DNA from: Utricularia gibba
Taxonomy: Eukaryota; Plantae; Magnoliophyta
Direction: 5' to 3'
Assembly (NCBI GenBank): GCA_002189035.1
Contig: NEEC01000015.1
Span: 2,170,001 to 2,234,000, forward strand
Length of the DNA stretch: 64,000 nucleotides
Positions 10,063-24,448 of this stretch are shown here, in pieces (within the stretch, counting starts at the first letter, position 1; every line of letters begins with the position of its first letter). The translations under genes were made by a program, and so were the position numbers. The notes below the pieces were generated by a model, which saw only the letters and a program-made list of their open reading frames with translations, made no database searches and had not been told where the DNA came from.

Positions 10063-13037
10063 TCACTTGCCTCTTCCTCGTCTTGTAGATGTTTTTTTAG
10101 TTGGCTTCCTCGATTTGGATGTTGTGGGAAGAACAGGGTGCGGCAAGGATGATTCGTGTTGCACACCCATAGAATCCTCAGAAACCATCACCGGCTCCAT
10201 AACAATGGGGGGTTCTTCCATGTAGGTTTCATTAAGGACGCAATCACTGTCAAGATCAATGGAGCTCGAAGGCATATTCCCGTTTACGGGATCTCCAGCA
10301 TCGTTTTTATCTGTGTGTTCGGTGCTGTTACGTGCAATATCCAAACTTGTGGGCATGCTGGAAACCTAAGCGGGTTAGCTTGCACACTACACAATAAACC
10401 TTCAATTTATAAAGCATTTATCCTTTCACCTGGACTTGGAAGTCGAGAAGCCGTTTGTAGCATTAGAATTTCCAGCAGCGTCTGTTGGTGATTCATTGAT
10501 CTTCAGTGAATGCGCATCTGAAGCAAGAAGAATTGGATAAAATGATTGTGGCAATTGGAAATATACAGGGTTGCATGTTTTTCAGTACCAGTATGATTTT
10601 CCTCAGCAAAACTGGGACTGTGTGGCTGAATTGGCTTTGCTGCAGCATATTCTACTTCTGCCTGAACAGCTTCTTGTCCCTGTCAAACAAACATAAATGG
10701 TATACAGAAAATTAAATACATTTTGAGTTAAATAGGCCATCCTGCCGTCCACAGTCCACGTGCTGATCACCAACCTTTGACAGCGCGGCTATCGCTGATG
10801 GAAATAACTCGTGGGCACTATTATCTTGTCCTGACTCCGGACCTGAGAAGACAAGAAACTCTAAATAATGAACCTGGGAATAGTTAAGTGATGAGTACGC
10901 AACCCAAGCCAACCTGCAAGTGAAGGACCAGAGCTCATTCCAGCATCCAACAATGCATTAGTTGGATTATACTTCTTTGCGGATTCAAGTTTGACCATGT
11001 TTTCTCGGCTAAACAACAATGCTTGTCCAGTTCCCAATGATTCACGAGACGGTGCCACAGAAAATGATGAAGTATCTACTTTAGAAGATGAAGCACGCAA
11101 CAGATCATCTATGGCCTTTGACCGGACCCTCCTCTTCTCTTCCTCAATATTCCAAGAGCCGGAGGCTAGATAACTACGTTTTCGGATATTCTAAAGAAAG
11201 CAAATCAAAACGATTTCACATTATAAAACCACATCATCAGCTTACCCACAAATACACAAAGCAAACTTCAATATAAAGAAAAACCTTTGACGAAGACAAG
11301 GAGTCATAACCAACTGAAAGAGCTGCTACTTCTTCAAAAGACTTCTTTGTAGTTGTCAATGGAGTTTGCAGTTCTGTGTGTCTTGTAGGAGATGCCCAAG
11401 GGGCCCTCTCCTTCATATAGGATCTTGCCACATCTATGGAGAGCCCTCCCCATGGCTTGCCTGCTTTAGACAAAGCACCATTGTCACTTTAGCATCGTAA
11501 GACAATGCTATTCGAGATGAAGAGAAAAATGTACAATGCATGCGAACCACAACCAAAAGAAGCAAAACAAAGCAGAAGAAAAACCAAACATGATCAATGT
11601 CGGAAGAGCGAGAATTGTTCCCCAAAGCCGGCTTAATGGCAGGAGTTGAGCCCCCTTCTCTTTTATCTTGAAGCCATCTTTTAGCCTCCTGAATAGCTTT
11701 TTCATGTGCAACACCATCATCTGCTGATGCGTTGAGTCCCATCAGTGAAAGGAAAACGTGCCCTAGTTACATCTTCATTGTTCTAAGAACATTACCTTGT
11801 GCCTCTACAGTTGCAGGTGGGCTGAATAGATTTCTCTCGCCTGAGTCCAGAGAGTATTCTAGAACTCGTGACTTTAAGACACTAGTCAACCTATCAAACT
11901 CTTCCCTATAAAATTTCGTATTTATACGTCACTAGACAAAAAATTGCATTAGATTAAACATGGAAAAAAAAGAAGATCCCGTTTGCAGTGAAAATGTCTC
12001 CAGACTCTGATTCATTAAATTTCCAACAGCACAAGCAAACATCTATCAGATTTTCCAACAAATATACGTCTCCTAAAATGAAAGAAGTTTTAAGATCGAA
12101 AAATAGCTTTCAGAAGAATAGACAAGACTAAGATGGCAAAGTTCAAGAATGCAACCAAGCGGATCAACAGCATTCAGCCATTTACCTGGAAAAAATCTCT
12201 TGCCCAATAAGCTTCTCAATTAGCTGTTTGGTTTGGATTCCGTGCATATTTTGTGATGGTACTGCAGTTTTCTAATATATGATAAACAGGAATCAAAGAT
12301 TTGATATCGTAACACATTTTGTCAGTTTTTATTATAAGAAAGCTCGGGAACAATAAAATTGCGTTCTACAGGCGTTCCATCGTTCATCATATCTACCAAA
12401 ATACAGGTTACAAGTAGAGCAAGAGTGAACAAAGGAACCCACATGCCAACTTGAAAAAAGTCGAAGATTCATCTAGGAAAATATTACTATGATGTTTTTA
12501 ATGGTTTTAAAACCAAAATTACCTCGCTCAGTTCATTAGATCCAGGACGACTGCCATCATTAAGACCATCTTCTGTTAGGATGTAAAGAAAATGAGAACT
12601 TAAAAAAATAAAAATTTACTTCAGCATTTAAGAATTCTGAAGTAATGCATGTGAGTATTTAGACAAGGCGCCAAATGCAGCTATACATTGCGTCTGTTCT
12701 CAATTTTACGCGATTGGTTATGGGCTGAATATTCAAGTTAGGAAAAATACTAAGCCCCTGTGCCACATTCGTTAAAAAGAAGAAGATACGAAATGAAGCC
12801 GCCGGTAAAATCCTCTTATGCAAGAAAATTGGGGAACCATTAACCCAAACCTGAAGCATCTTCTTCGTCTTCGGATGACGAAGACTCGGACACGATGGAG
12901 CTTAGAATTTTTCCGGCACCCGAAGCAAGCCGGCGAGCTGAGGGAAGGACTATACCCGTGAACCAACTAGGGTTCTTCGTAGGGCGGTCGTCCGACGTCG
13001 CTGAGATTCCAACTCCCGATCGAGGTGTCGTCGCCAT
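10063..13037 (-). CDS. KAKU4: KAKU4-like nuclear-envelope/lamina protein, multi-exon
   Basis: NPSWFTGIVLPSARRLASGAGKILSSIVSESSSSEDEED, KQLIGQEIFS..REEFDRL, AIQEAKRWLQDK, DVARSYMKERAPWASP and WNIEEERRRVRSKA match motifs I recall for KAKU4. Basic C-terminus KKTSTRRGRGK*. Confidence 0.8.
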
Positions 13038-13386
13038 TTGGCGGAAACAAGTAATTCCGATGAAATTGACCGGAAAAGGCGCCGATTATCCGCTTCCGTG
13101 TTTCATCCCCCGATTTCGGGTTTCTTTTCTACCCGAAGTAATTTTTAACGTTTTCACTTCCCGCACTATTTTTTCACGCTTTGCTTGAGGTATTTAAATA
13201 CCATCTTCAATACTCTTTTATTTTTTTAATTTTCACGAAGACGGCGGTTTCCCAGTCGACGGCGATTCTCTTCGCCGGCGTTGCGATGTTTGTCGCTTCT
13301 CCTTGTCAATTCGCTAGTCTACAGAAATAAGTAAGCGTGTAGCATTTGCATACTATGTATAACAATCGCAAATCAGAAGTTTCCTT

Positions 13387-15112
13387 TCAGCTAGAAGAAG
13401 AAGAGGATGCCGCGGAGGCCTTGCAGACGGGGCACCAGTTCTTGAGCCGCAGCCACTGGAATACGCACGCTTCGTGGTAGTCGTGGCAACACTCCGATAG
13501 CGTTCCGATCAAGTCTCCGGTCACGTACTCCTCCTGCAAGACCCCGCCATGACTTTCGATCGTTTCAAGGGTGAATAAATTCTGGTGAATCTCGAATGTT
13601 TTTTCACCTGACAAATGCTGCATTTGGCGTCGTCTGAATCAGCATTGGACCCCGAGGCGTCCAATGCGATTGAGGGTTCTAGATATACGCTTCTCTTCAG
13701 GCATCTTGAGAGCTCCTCTTCTGACAGAGGTGTGTTCACTGTTCCCATCCTTTCCCCGAGAGCCAGCAGTTCCTGTTAAAATCATCAAGTGAAACCCGGA
13801 GACGGAAGAAAGTGAGAAGATATCGAGCGATTGGAATGTCAACAAACGGAGATTTCCGAGCCGAACCTCGTACGACATGCCATCTATGTCTAGTCTCATG
13901 TCCCGGTGCTGATCAAAGGGAGCCAAGCCGTTGAGGAAGAGGCTCATCTCAAATAGTACTTGCTGCATGTAGAATGGGGAGAGCACAAGGTGATCGTGAA
14001 CTTGACCCAAGTACTTTTTTTTTCAGGGTGAAAGAAGAGTGAGTACCTCGTGAGTTTGTTCTTCATCCTGTTCGATCCCCTCGAGAGCTAACAGTATCTG
14101 CAAAGAATGAATCATCGCAAACCACGGTATTTCATCAGCTTCTGTTGAGACTATTTTTCAGCGCAGGAAGCAGTCATCTTTTCAGAAATTTCATGTTGAG
14201 GAAAGAGCATGTTTGTTACCTCAGCAGCTCCATTCATGTCATAGTTGTGCAATAAATCTCGACTTGACAGAGTGAATCCGGCAGAACATGATGCAGGGGG
14301 ATGCTGCTTAGGTGGAACAATCTTTGTCGACCGAGGGTAGCTCCTGCTCCATCTTCAAGGACATGAGACATTCCAGCAGAAGAATCGTTTCTTCCATTTC
14401 CTCTGGAAGAAAATCCCTTTCTTCTGGTGCTGTTTACTGTCCTCTGGCTCCCCAGTGGAGAAGCAGAGGAGCTGCTCGTGGTACTGCCCGAAGGCACATC
14501 AACAGATGGTGCAGAACTAGAAGCTCCCGTTGCCTTTGAATAACCTGAATAACTGGGATCTAGAGATGAATAATAGCTTCTTCTATCATAGCTACCATTA
14601 CCAGCAACTAAAGAAGCATTCAAGTTGCGAGAACCGGTGGTACTGTGAAAAGTTATCCCGGAACTAACATCGGAAGATGCAACGGGGATCCTTCTTTCTA
14701 GTACGTTTACCTTTCCTGATTCTTCATGTGCTTTAGAGTTGCTTTCTGTCAATCTCCTGCTGCAGGAGGTAACCTGAACGTCACTCGACAGTCGACTTTT
14801 AGTGCCTGCATGTTTAGACTGTGAAGGCAACTTTCTCTTCGATTCACTAGGCAGCTTGCCCTTCGACTCAGGAGGCAACTTTCCGGTATTCGCCATCACA
14901 CAATCACTGGCAGAGTATTTCCTGGTAGGCCAAGTGCTTCTTCCAAGCTTGGTGGTATTCTGAGTATACTTGATTCTGCCCCTGCATCCAATTCTATTAC
15001 AAAACTGAGCGTTCTCATCACCTTCACGATCTCCATCTCCAAATGAAGCACCACGGCTTTTCTTTGCAGGCACAACCACCCCTGCATCCCTTTTTCCCCA
15101 CTGTCGGTGCAT
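13387..15112 (-). CDS. RING-H2 E3 ubiquitin ligase (CTL/JUL1-like; DQHRDMRLD motif), multi-exon
   Basis: QFCNRIGC N-terminal motif, DQHRDMRLDIDGMSYE|ELLAL.ERMGTV and KCSICQ|EEYVTGDLIGTLSECCHDYHEACVFQWLRLKNWCPVCK (RING-H2). One unresolved frame change near 14300-14400. Confidence 0.88.
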
Positions 15113-17013
15113 AGAGAAGGTGGTGGTACCGGGGTTCCAATCTGCATCACAAGGTTTCTTTCCTAAGAAAATTCATGCAGAAGAAAGGACCAGAAGCATC
15201 AGGGGACACAAATTATCTAAAACTTGTTCAGCCTAAGCAGGTTGCAGTCATGGTGAGATCAAAGACAGCTTCAGAAAGTGCAAAAGAACCGAACAAGCAT
15301 TAGCCAGGGCCATGAACCGATCAACTATGATGACCAGAATTCAGCAGAAGACAATCAGAACTCAACACTACAATAGCGAGGAGATGTTATGGAATCAAAG
15401 GGGGGTAAAAAAGAAAACTCATTTGTTGTAACAATCTTCCATTCTGTGAAAGCTTTGATTTTCTGTGGATTAAACATTTTTTCGCCTGTTTCTTGATATA
15501 GTTCCAAACTACCACTTGACTCTATATCAATAAGGAAACCGCAAGTCCACAAGAAAATCTGCTATGTAAACGGTGCATATCAGGAGACTCTGAACCATCA
15601 ACAGGTCCAAAGGGTGAACCCCAGAGACAAAATCACAGCAACATCTGATAAAAACAGAAACTTGCACCGATTCTAAAATCCATCATCAGAGTGCACGTGT
15701 AAGGTTGAACATAAAAAAGTCAAACAGGACAGCAGCCCAGAACACAGACGTACATGAATTTTGAACAACCCATATGAAGATGATCGAAAAAGAGGCGTCA
15801 AAAAGAAACCACAGGCAAAGAGAAGCAAACAGAGAAGAGGACCCCTCGATCAATCAGAAGACCAAGAACGTATGAATTTCTAGAGCATCCACATAGCGAT
15901 CACCATCAGAAAATCAAGAACGGGGCACTCTTTTTTGGAGTAGCGGATGAAAAGGGAAAGCCCATACCTTTTATTCCGGTTTCTCCACGGAGACCTTTAT
16001 CAAATGTTTTTGTTTTCTGGATTCCAACTAGAACCAGATAACAGAATACACACCTTATGCGTGTGTGAGAAGAAGAGGGAAAGGGACATTTTTAAGCGCA
16101 AGGATGCAACATGACTGATCTGTACGGCTCCATAAATGTGATAATGCAGGTCCAAATCAATGGTTTATGGGTGCAGGGAAGACTCGTTCTTTACGCAGAA
16201 TAGAATAATCGCGCACCGTAAAACAACAAAAAAGCAAACATCCAAACTGTCAAGAAACACCATGAAATCAAGATTCTAGAATAAATCTTCATATTTGCTG
16301 CAACTTGGGTTAGCAAACAGTAGTGACACGAAGTCAAATCAAGATTCCAGAATAAATCAAGTAAGCCAATCAATTCACTACATGGCATGGAATCTATGGG
16401 GATCTACTGCAAAAGGGCTATGAGGGATTTTCAACAATCCTATCATTGAATTTCATGACTACAACCAGATTTGACGCAAATAGTTCACCCCACCAAAAAA
16501 TGCAGGCAGCCAAATGATTTGCATTCTATAACTTGAAGATATTGACAAAAAAAAAAAAGCAATTTTGAAGCCAACACATTAATTCTCTTTGCCGTCCATC
16601 GTGTCCCAGAGACCCAACTTGTGGAAAGTGAATGGTGTCCCATGTTCGGAGGTCTCCGGGTCCCCACCATCCTGCCTGAACTTCAAGCCAAAAACAATGG
16701 GATGGTTAAATGATAGAGGGGCGACAATACGAGTAGAGTAATCCTTTTTTAACTTTTCGCACTTCTCATCGTCGTTCTCCCCACGTTTATCTTTCGTCCC
16801 GATGCCGCTTCTAGGGCAGGCGCCTTCTTTTCTGTCTGTTCATTCTGATTTGATTGAACTGTACCGGTTGTTTGTCATAGAGGCCAAGTCCAACGTTTAA
16901 TATGATTGCGTGTATGTATCTTTTAGAGGAATGGGTTCATAGATTCTACGGTTCCGTGAGATCTTTTAGAGAAATGGGCTCATAGATCCTTATACAGGTT
17001 ATACTAAAACGAG

Positions 17014-19026
17014 TCAATGAGGAGGAGTAGAAGTTTGAAGGCGGGGTAGCCGACCATTCTTCACCTTTAAGCTCGACTTCGCGGTGTCAGGATTCTTCGC
17101 CGACTTCCGGTGGAAAAGGGAGCCGAGAATATTCTCCAATGACTGCGCTGTGAACTTGGTGTATTTGCCGACGTTCTGATCCTGTTCGACTAGCGGCCCA
17201 TAGTTCTGCATGTAGCTGCGATAAACAGGAACTACTGTTTGTATGATACTACGGCAGATCATCTGCCTCAGCTCTTCGTCAGGGATGACATAATTTGCCT
17301 GCTTCTTGATCATCTCATCGAATGCTTCGTTGAATGATTTTAGACGCTGCTTAACGAGATCACGAGCACTTACTCGTCGACCGGAGAAGTAAATAAGACC
17401 TTCTCGACTTAGAAGGGAAGGGAGTTTGCACCAGCTCTCTCTCAGGAACACGGAAGAATAGTAGTCCTTGTACTGTTCTTGTTCTCTCAACCAGGAATCA
17501 CTCAGAAAACCGCCAAGCTTCGTGTTTTTCGATGATTTGCACAGGTGCCAGTGGTTATTCATCAAGAAAAGGTGCGATGAAACAGCATCTGGATAGCTTT
17601 TGGACCACGTTTCAAGGTTCAGCTCAATGGCTCTGACCAGTTTCAAAATTTCGGATATCAAGACTCTCTCATGGAAAGTGTGGTTCTTCCAGCTTTGCTC
17701 GATGCAGAGCACTTGCATGAGAATAGGCTTATATTCGTCTCCGAGAAGCTTATTGCAATAATCAGTCAGAAAAGATACCACCTTTGGAACACAGCAATCC
17801 GGTGGTGGTGGGGTTTGCCGCTGCAGTTCTACTTGAACCAGAAGCTCCCAGAAAATTTCACTCGCCCCTTCGATCACCCTTCGAATCAAATCCCTTGTAA
17901 GATTCTGGATATCTTCAAAGGGAGAATCTCGAAACAGACGGTTGAAATCCATTCTGAGATTGTTCAATGAAGTGAATATATCAAGCAGCTTCAAAAGCTT
18001 GATGGGGTCCTTCTTGCCTTCAGTGACTGTCTTCCCAAACTGGAGGAACGCCTGAAATCCAGCTTGAGCTGTGATTTTGGCGAAGCAGCTTTTCCATACA
18101 TCAAGCCCCATCTTCTCAAAGACATCATTGCACAATTTGTACTCGGTCTCAAAGAGATGTTTCACAGCAAACTCCAAATGCTTGCCCCACTGGGAAATGT
18201 AAGTCTCAATGCTCGCCACAGTATTGAACTCTGAAGGTGATATTTCAAGATAATCCAAATCAAGCGCTTGCAAACTGGCCCGAACATTCGAACTTCGGAC
18301 CTCGATGTAAATGGCCACACATTTTTCAAGTCTTTTATTTGGAATTAATCTACCCAAGATAGCCTGCAACTTCTGAATAACGGCCACTGGTAAAGGGGAT
18401 GGAGCTAAGCATGCCTGCTGACCAGGAAGAGCCGGTGAAGACATCGGCAATGGAGCACTGTTTTCAGTTAGCAGCCTCAAAAACTCACGCTCCAGTCTCT
18501 CCAACGAAACCTCGAGCAAGCCTCCATCAAGACGGCCCTTCTCCTCACCTGATTCCAACTCGCGGAGAAAGTCTATCGCCTTCTTTAAACCAGAGATGAA
18601 CCATTGATCTGCCACCATGTGGTCTTCCAAATACTCTACAATGTCACCTAGCCACTGAATTGCCATCCCACAATTATCACCTAAGAACCTCATTGCCTCC
18701 TCAAGGCGTTTGAGAACACTAAGGTAACCAAGAAGGTTGCTTTGAGGATCCGATAGCGACTTCTCAAGTCCATGAATGGCATCAAAAACCTTAAGAACTG
18801 CAGCTGCAGGAACCACAGCTCTATCAATGTGACCACAAACAGCATTTAGTGATTCTCTATTGGCCCGAATAGGCCGAATAGCCACCTCCAATGAGGGCAA
18901 TCTTTGGTTAATCTCAGCTAACCTAGGCCCTGATTTTTCAATTGACAAACCCAAGGCATTGGATTTGGCCATATTAGCTTTCAGTAACTTCCTAGCACAC
19001 ACCAAGTGCTCAATGCCTGTATCCAT
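17014..19026 (-). CDS. EXO70G1: Exocyst subunit EXO70, G1 clade (intronless CDS)
   Basis: 683-aa ORF with GPRLAEINQRLPSLEVAIRPIRA, IDRAVVPAAAVLKVFDAIHGLEKSL, KKDPIKLLKLLDIF and VVPVYRSYMQNYGPLVEQ. Likely start is MDTGIE at 19026. Confidence 0.93.
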   Translation of the reverse strand: MDTGIEHLVCARKLLKANMAKSNALGLSIEKSGPRLAEINQRLPSLEVAIRPIRANRESLNAVCGHIDRAVVPAAAVLKVFDAIHGLEKSLSDPQSNLLGYLSVLKRLEEAMRFLGDNCGMAIQWLGDIVEYLEDHMVADQWFISGLKKAIDFLRELESGEEKGRLDGGLLEVSLERLEREFLRLLTENSAPLPMSSPALPGQQACLAPSPLPVAVIQKLQAILGRLIPNKRLEKCVAIYIEVRSSNVRASLQALDLDYLEISPSEFNTVASIETYISQWGKHLEFAVKHLFETEYKLCNDVFEKMGLDVWKSCFAKITAQAGFQAFLQFGKTVTEGKKDPIKLLKLLDIFTSLNNLRMDFNRLFRDSPFEDIQNLTRDLIRRVIEGASEIFWELLVQVELQRQTPPPPDCCVPKVVSFLTDYCNKLLGDEYKPILMQVLCIEQSWKNHTFHERVLISEILKLVRAIELNLETWSKSYPDAVSSHLFLMNNHWHLCKSSKNTKLGGFLSDSWLREQEQYKDYYSSVFLRESWCKLPSLLSREGLIYFSGRRVSARDLVKQRLKSFNEAFDEMIKKQANYVIPDEELRQMICRSIIQTVVPVYRSYMQNYGPLVEQDQNVGKYTKFTAQSLENILGSLFHRKSAKNPDTAKSSLKVKNGRLPRLQTSTPPH

Positions 19027-20187
19027 TGGAGCAAACGAAATCTTGCAGCCCCAAAACTCTATCAACTACCGAAATCCAATCAAAATCGAATCCCCAGATT
19101 CTGAAATTTTTGCACAACGAAGCAGAAAAATTTCGACCATCTCAAGAAACAAAACCGCAAGGCGTCACATAAAAAAACAACTTAACGTCACCGGAAATGG
19201 AAAAACACGATAAACAAAGGAAGGACACGATGTCCCCCCGCAGAATTCGGTAATGGGTTCACTCTGAGAGAAAAAATGCAGGCAAACTGAGAGAGACTGA
19301 GAATAACCCAGAATCAATAACCCGCAGGGAAATGCTGAAGAGAAGCAAATTCCGCTTCTCGTAACCAACCCGCAGAGCCGAAGTGCTTGACAGTGCGTAT
19401 CCTTCTCTTGTTTTGTCTCCTTCCCTTTTTCCCACCTCCTTTGTCCTTCTGCGACTTTATTGCACTTGTACAAGAAAGGTAAAAATAAAGTGAATATCTT
19501 TGCGAATCCAATAAGTTTTTTCAATTGAATTCAAGTAGATGGTGGGGGAAAAGCAACTCAATCACACACCCAAGTTCCCGACTTGACAATAAAGAATCAA
19601 ACTTGATATGGTGGTAAAAAAAAAACCCAGCATTTTTTTACCCATTATGCAAACAAGATACCACCACTCCATAATTCATCACCTACTAGTTATTGCCCAG
19701 ATTCAAGCACAGTTCACAGTTGGCATCGACAGACCATTACAGATATCTTGTACTGGCTAAATGGTACATTTTTCCTTAATTCCTCTAACAGCAGTACGAA
19801 TTTTGCATCATCTTCCATTGCGCATCACAGAAAATTCGATCAAAGACGCTTAAGCAGTCCGCCATCTCCTTCTAAGCTCACCAGTTTCCTTTGATGTGCC
19901 CTAATTTCCCAATTAAGGTCGGCCGTGTGGCGTGTGCGCAAATATTTTAATCAGGACGAACCGACACAAAAGGTATGGTCATTATGGGCAGTGGCATTTA
20001 TGTCTTTTCCCAGCACACGGCCATATTTGTTCCACTCAGCCCACTACAATTGAATACACATGTCCACTGCCCAGCCGAACGAAATCAATGCCCCTTCTTC
20101 AAGTAATCGAACGCGGAAAATTCTAGGTGCTCTCAGGCTGCTCTGAAATCGCGATTGCCGGAGGCGGCGGAGATTTTTACCGGAAAT

Positions 20188-23100
20188 ATGGCGGCGCGTA
20201 TAGTTTTTCTTCTCACTCTATTCCTTTTCCTTGTTTTTCCGCATGCCGGAGTTGCCGCCGATGATGAAGTCCAAGTCCCCGTATCAGGCGGTCAGGATTC
20301 GGTGATCCTTGAGAAGCTTCATTCTAAGATCCATAGTCTCGGTTAGTGGCTCCAGGGGAGTAGTTATTTTGTTTTCTTTTCGCAACTCGGAATGCGTTAG
20401 TGGTGATTTAATTTTGCGTGGAGAGGCCTTAATTGTTTTGATTAAAGCGTTCGTGAATTCTTCTGGATATTGAGGTGAGTGTGTTGTACGCCACTGTGAT
20501 TCTTTTCCTTCGAGCGCCCATATCAGTTTGGCAGGACAAAAGTGTTGGAAAAATGAGTTAGTAGCTCTTACAGTCGTGGCAGAATTTTTAGACACGAGCT
20601 TTATGTAAAATATGCCAAAGTTGTTACTTTTAATTGATCGAACTACTTCAAGAGAAACGAACCTTTTTGTGCCTACCCTTTGCTTCTATGATTTGCTTAC
20701 TAGATATTGTGAAATAACGCCTTCTTTCCCAGTTCACACTTTTTTTTTTGTTCCGTTTATGAAGAGCTGCAGATTGAGGAAACGACTCGAGAAATAGAAG
20801 AAAAAGACAATGTGATTGCTGCTAAGGTGGTCGTGATCAAGCAAAAATCAGAGAGTATTGCTTCACTGGAGAGCCAAATTGCTGATATTCATGTGAGCAT
20901 TTTCCCCACTTTTTCACCTTGTGAAGCAAAACAATTCGTTTACCGAATGAGCCCTATAGCTAAAGAATGTTATCTTTTTTTTTATTATTTTACAGAAAAC
21001 CCGTAAATTGGATGCTGCGGAGCAAGTGAAAAAGGCACAAGAAAGATCTGAGGAATTGGAAAAGCTGGTGGAGAAGCTCGGTAAAGATATGGATGATAAA
21101 AGTAAGGAAAAAGATCTTTTGGAAGCCAGGCAAACTGATGCTTTGAAAAAGACATCCGAGTTGAATAGAAAATTGGAAAGTGTAAGTACATATTTCGTTG
21201 TGTTATGAAATCATAATGCAAAACCTCCTTTTTTGGGTTCGTGAGGCCCATGGGGTGGCATATCAATTCCTGTAAATGACATCATGTTTAAACTTTAAAG
21301 ATAAGGAAGTGTTATGCTTAGCTGCTCTTTAGCTTTTTAACAATTTTCCATGGCCATTTTGTGTGGATTGCCTATTTTATCTCAGTTTGGCCTCTCTATG
21401 ACTATGTCACACTCTAACGAGTCACTTTTTTTCTGAGATGCAGCTTCAAAAGATTATTGATGAACAGAATATTAAGTTGCAGAAAACTGAGCGTGCTCTT
21501 CGAATTGCTGAGGTTTGTCTCAGACATTCAGATCATTCCTGCAGAATATGCTCTTTTCCTATGACTTTGATATAAGGAAATAATGAACAGGAAGAAATGA
21601 TTAGGGCGAAGTATGAAGCCGCTTCCAAGGCCAAAGAGTTGTTGAAGGTGTTCTTAGTATGTATGCTTTCATGTTTTTTTTAAGATTGCTTCATTCAAGT
21701 GGCGTTACTAATTGCTTAAGACACATGCAGTCTGATGCGGGCATGCTCCTGTATTGCTTGTTTTATTTACAGTATCCAGAAAGTTCTCACTGTTTTCTTT
21801 ATTGATCATTTGTGTTGTGTCCATCCAGGCGCATGGTGCTTGGATTCCACCGTGGCTTGCTCTTCATGTAGAAAATTATAGGGTAAGTTCTACTATCTTT
21901 ATTTTCTGTGTCCTGTATTTCAAAATTGATCGAATAATGGTGTGTGTTTCCAGTTGATTTTGGAGAACAACTGGAAAGTACACGTCAAGCCTGGTCTTGA
22001 TCAGCTCGTTCGGAAGGTAAATGCTTATGGATCTTGTTCAATATCTTCCTGCACTATGAACCTTAAACAAAACCCAGTCATTCCCTAAATTACTGTGATA
22101 GATGAGACAGTTGGTATCTGAACGCTCAACCAAATTTGGCCCTTCGCACCCGTTATTAACGTCCCATCTGATTCTACCTTGCCACTTTTTTTTTATCCAC
22201 ACAACCATATCTTCGTGTTTCATAGGCCCTTGAGAAAAAAGCTCAGGCCGAAGAATGGGCTGCACCACATGTGGAAACTGTTAAAATTGTAAGTTTACCA
22301 TACTCTTAAACTGGATATCATGTGATTTCTTTGTTACTTGATGTTTAGAGGGCTTGGTTGAATTGGAAAACTGGCCCTGGCTACTTTTTGTCTCTGGATA
22401 AGAACTTAGCTGGGCTTGGTCCTCGTATTGGGGCTTGCATGTGTTCTATGAAGATCCTAAACTGGTGGCAATGAGCCTTTTTTATTGAAATTATGAGGTT
22501 TCCTTGATTGTGGATGATTCTTGTGTAGTGTTTCGAGTGCAGAAGCAGGATGTTGTGAAGCGTCTGGCTTCTATACCATAAGACATTTGAATTCGGCTTC
22601 TGATCTTGTGAAATAACTATGTAACTTGTGGGTTTTAGACTCAGTGTTTTTGTTTTTTCTTTGTTGGTTTTCATCATTAGTCAATTTTATTCCATTCAAG
22701 TTCTCAAATTTGAATTTTTGTCCTTGAAGAAATTGATACCTGCCATCAAGGAGCAATGGATAGTAATTGGAAGTGCTGTTGAACCGCATGTGCAAACACT
22801 GACTGCAAAAACTGTCGAGGCATATGAAACTTCAAAAGATGCGATAGCCCCCCATATCCTTAAGATAAAGGAACTTGCGGATCCTTATTTTCAGGTGGGA
22901 ATTATCGATCCATATTAACAACTTTCCTTTACAACATAGATGTCAAGGGCGATGATATGAATTCTATAATCCAATAGAAATTCCCCGTTTGAGGTTGATA
23001 TTCTCTGTTCTTAACACTTTAACGAAGCAGATTTTATTTGCAATGATTCTATGATTATTTCGGGGGCATACCACTTTCAAGCTCATTTTCATCTGTAACT

Positions 23101-23926
23101 TTTCAGGAGTTTAGGAAAATCAGTAGACCCTATATTGACCATGTTGCCACTGCTGCAAAGCCGCATGTTGAAAAAGTGTATACGGTTATAAGGCCATACA
23201 CACAAGAAGCTAAGCTTGTTTATGGAAGATTTCTGGAGCATGCTTCTAAATATCATCTTCAGGTATGCTGCAAGGATTAGCTATTACCTTTAGAATCCTG
23301 TGCTCGGAAGGCGTTTTGTGTTGAAGGCTTCTTAATGTGGAAGTAAAAGGGATAAAAAAATATTGGGGACGTTGGCTGAAGTAGAAAAAATACAGTCAGT
23401 AGGAGTGTTTCACGGAGTTGGCACTAGTGATCAACGTAGAGCATGTAGTATATCCATTTCAGTACATCATAGACTTGGAGTCAGGTTCACTATGTTCTCC
23501 TGGAGGCAATTAATAAACTAAAGTTTCTGAATGATGCAGGTTCAAGAAAAAGTTCAAGAGAAGCTCAAGAGTCATGACATTACAAAATCCGTGGCAACAA
23601 AAGAGCTGGTTTGGTTATCTGTATGTATCCAAGGGCATCTTCTATGCTTCTTTAGTCCTCGTCTGACGAATGTTTTGTGTTCCAGGCCTCTGTGTTGCTA
23701 TCTCTACCCGTAATTTTACTATTGAAAATATTTTCGGCAGTGTTCAGGTATGCAGCCTCACCATCTTTCCCCTCCATACCTCAAGTTTATTCCCAGTCTC
23801 TTCTCATCCTGCTGCATTTGTCTGCTCTTGGACGCCTTATACTGCAGTAAGAAGGCAACAAAGACGGTTCGAAGCTCCCATCACGCCCGAAGTCGCAAGG
23901 GGAAACGTGGGCATTCCGACAAGTAA
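20188..23926 (+). CDS. Signal-peptide coiled-coil membrane protein (myosin heavy chain-related / 'DNA repair ATPase-related' family), multi-exon
   Basis: Signal peptide [18 protein letters not shown], long coiled-coil exons, [31 protein letters not shown] segment [19 protein letters not shown] and basic tail [25 protein letters not shown]. Confidence 0.82.
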
Positions 23927-24448
23927 ACCCTCAAATGCTGCTGCTCCGCCAGTTCTGTTCACAGGTAGGCTGGTCTGGCCTGGCCTGGCCGTGCCGTTTT
24001 CGTGTTTCCGCGGTGGATGTAGAGAGGATTCCGGTGTTGGGTCTGAAGTGTCAGCAAGTTCCTAGTGTGGTCTGTTGATTCTGCTGTGTTCTCGACAGGG
24101 ATGCTGCTTTTACACACGGCGATTCCTGTGGGATGCTGTATTTACACTATTTTTCCCTCTGTTTTTGTCTTGTGTTTGTCAACGACGCCATGAATTACCC
24201 TCTTTTGATTCAGACCATAGCACACGCAAGAAGGTCTTTGAAAATTAATATAAATTAATGTTTCATAATTTTCAAAAAATAAAAATAATATTTTTAAATT
24301 TTAAGTTTTTTTAATAAATAAATGGTATTTAATATAAGTAATGGTGATGATGGTGATGTATTTCGGTGGGCTTTTTTTTTTAGAAAAAATTCCAAACTAG
24401 CTTTCCACCGGAAAGCCTTAAAAGAAAGAACAGGATGTGTCTGGGGCC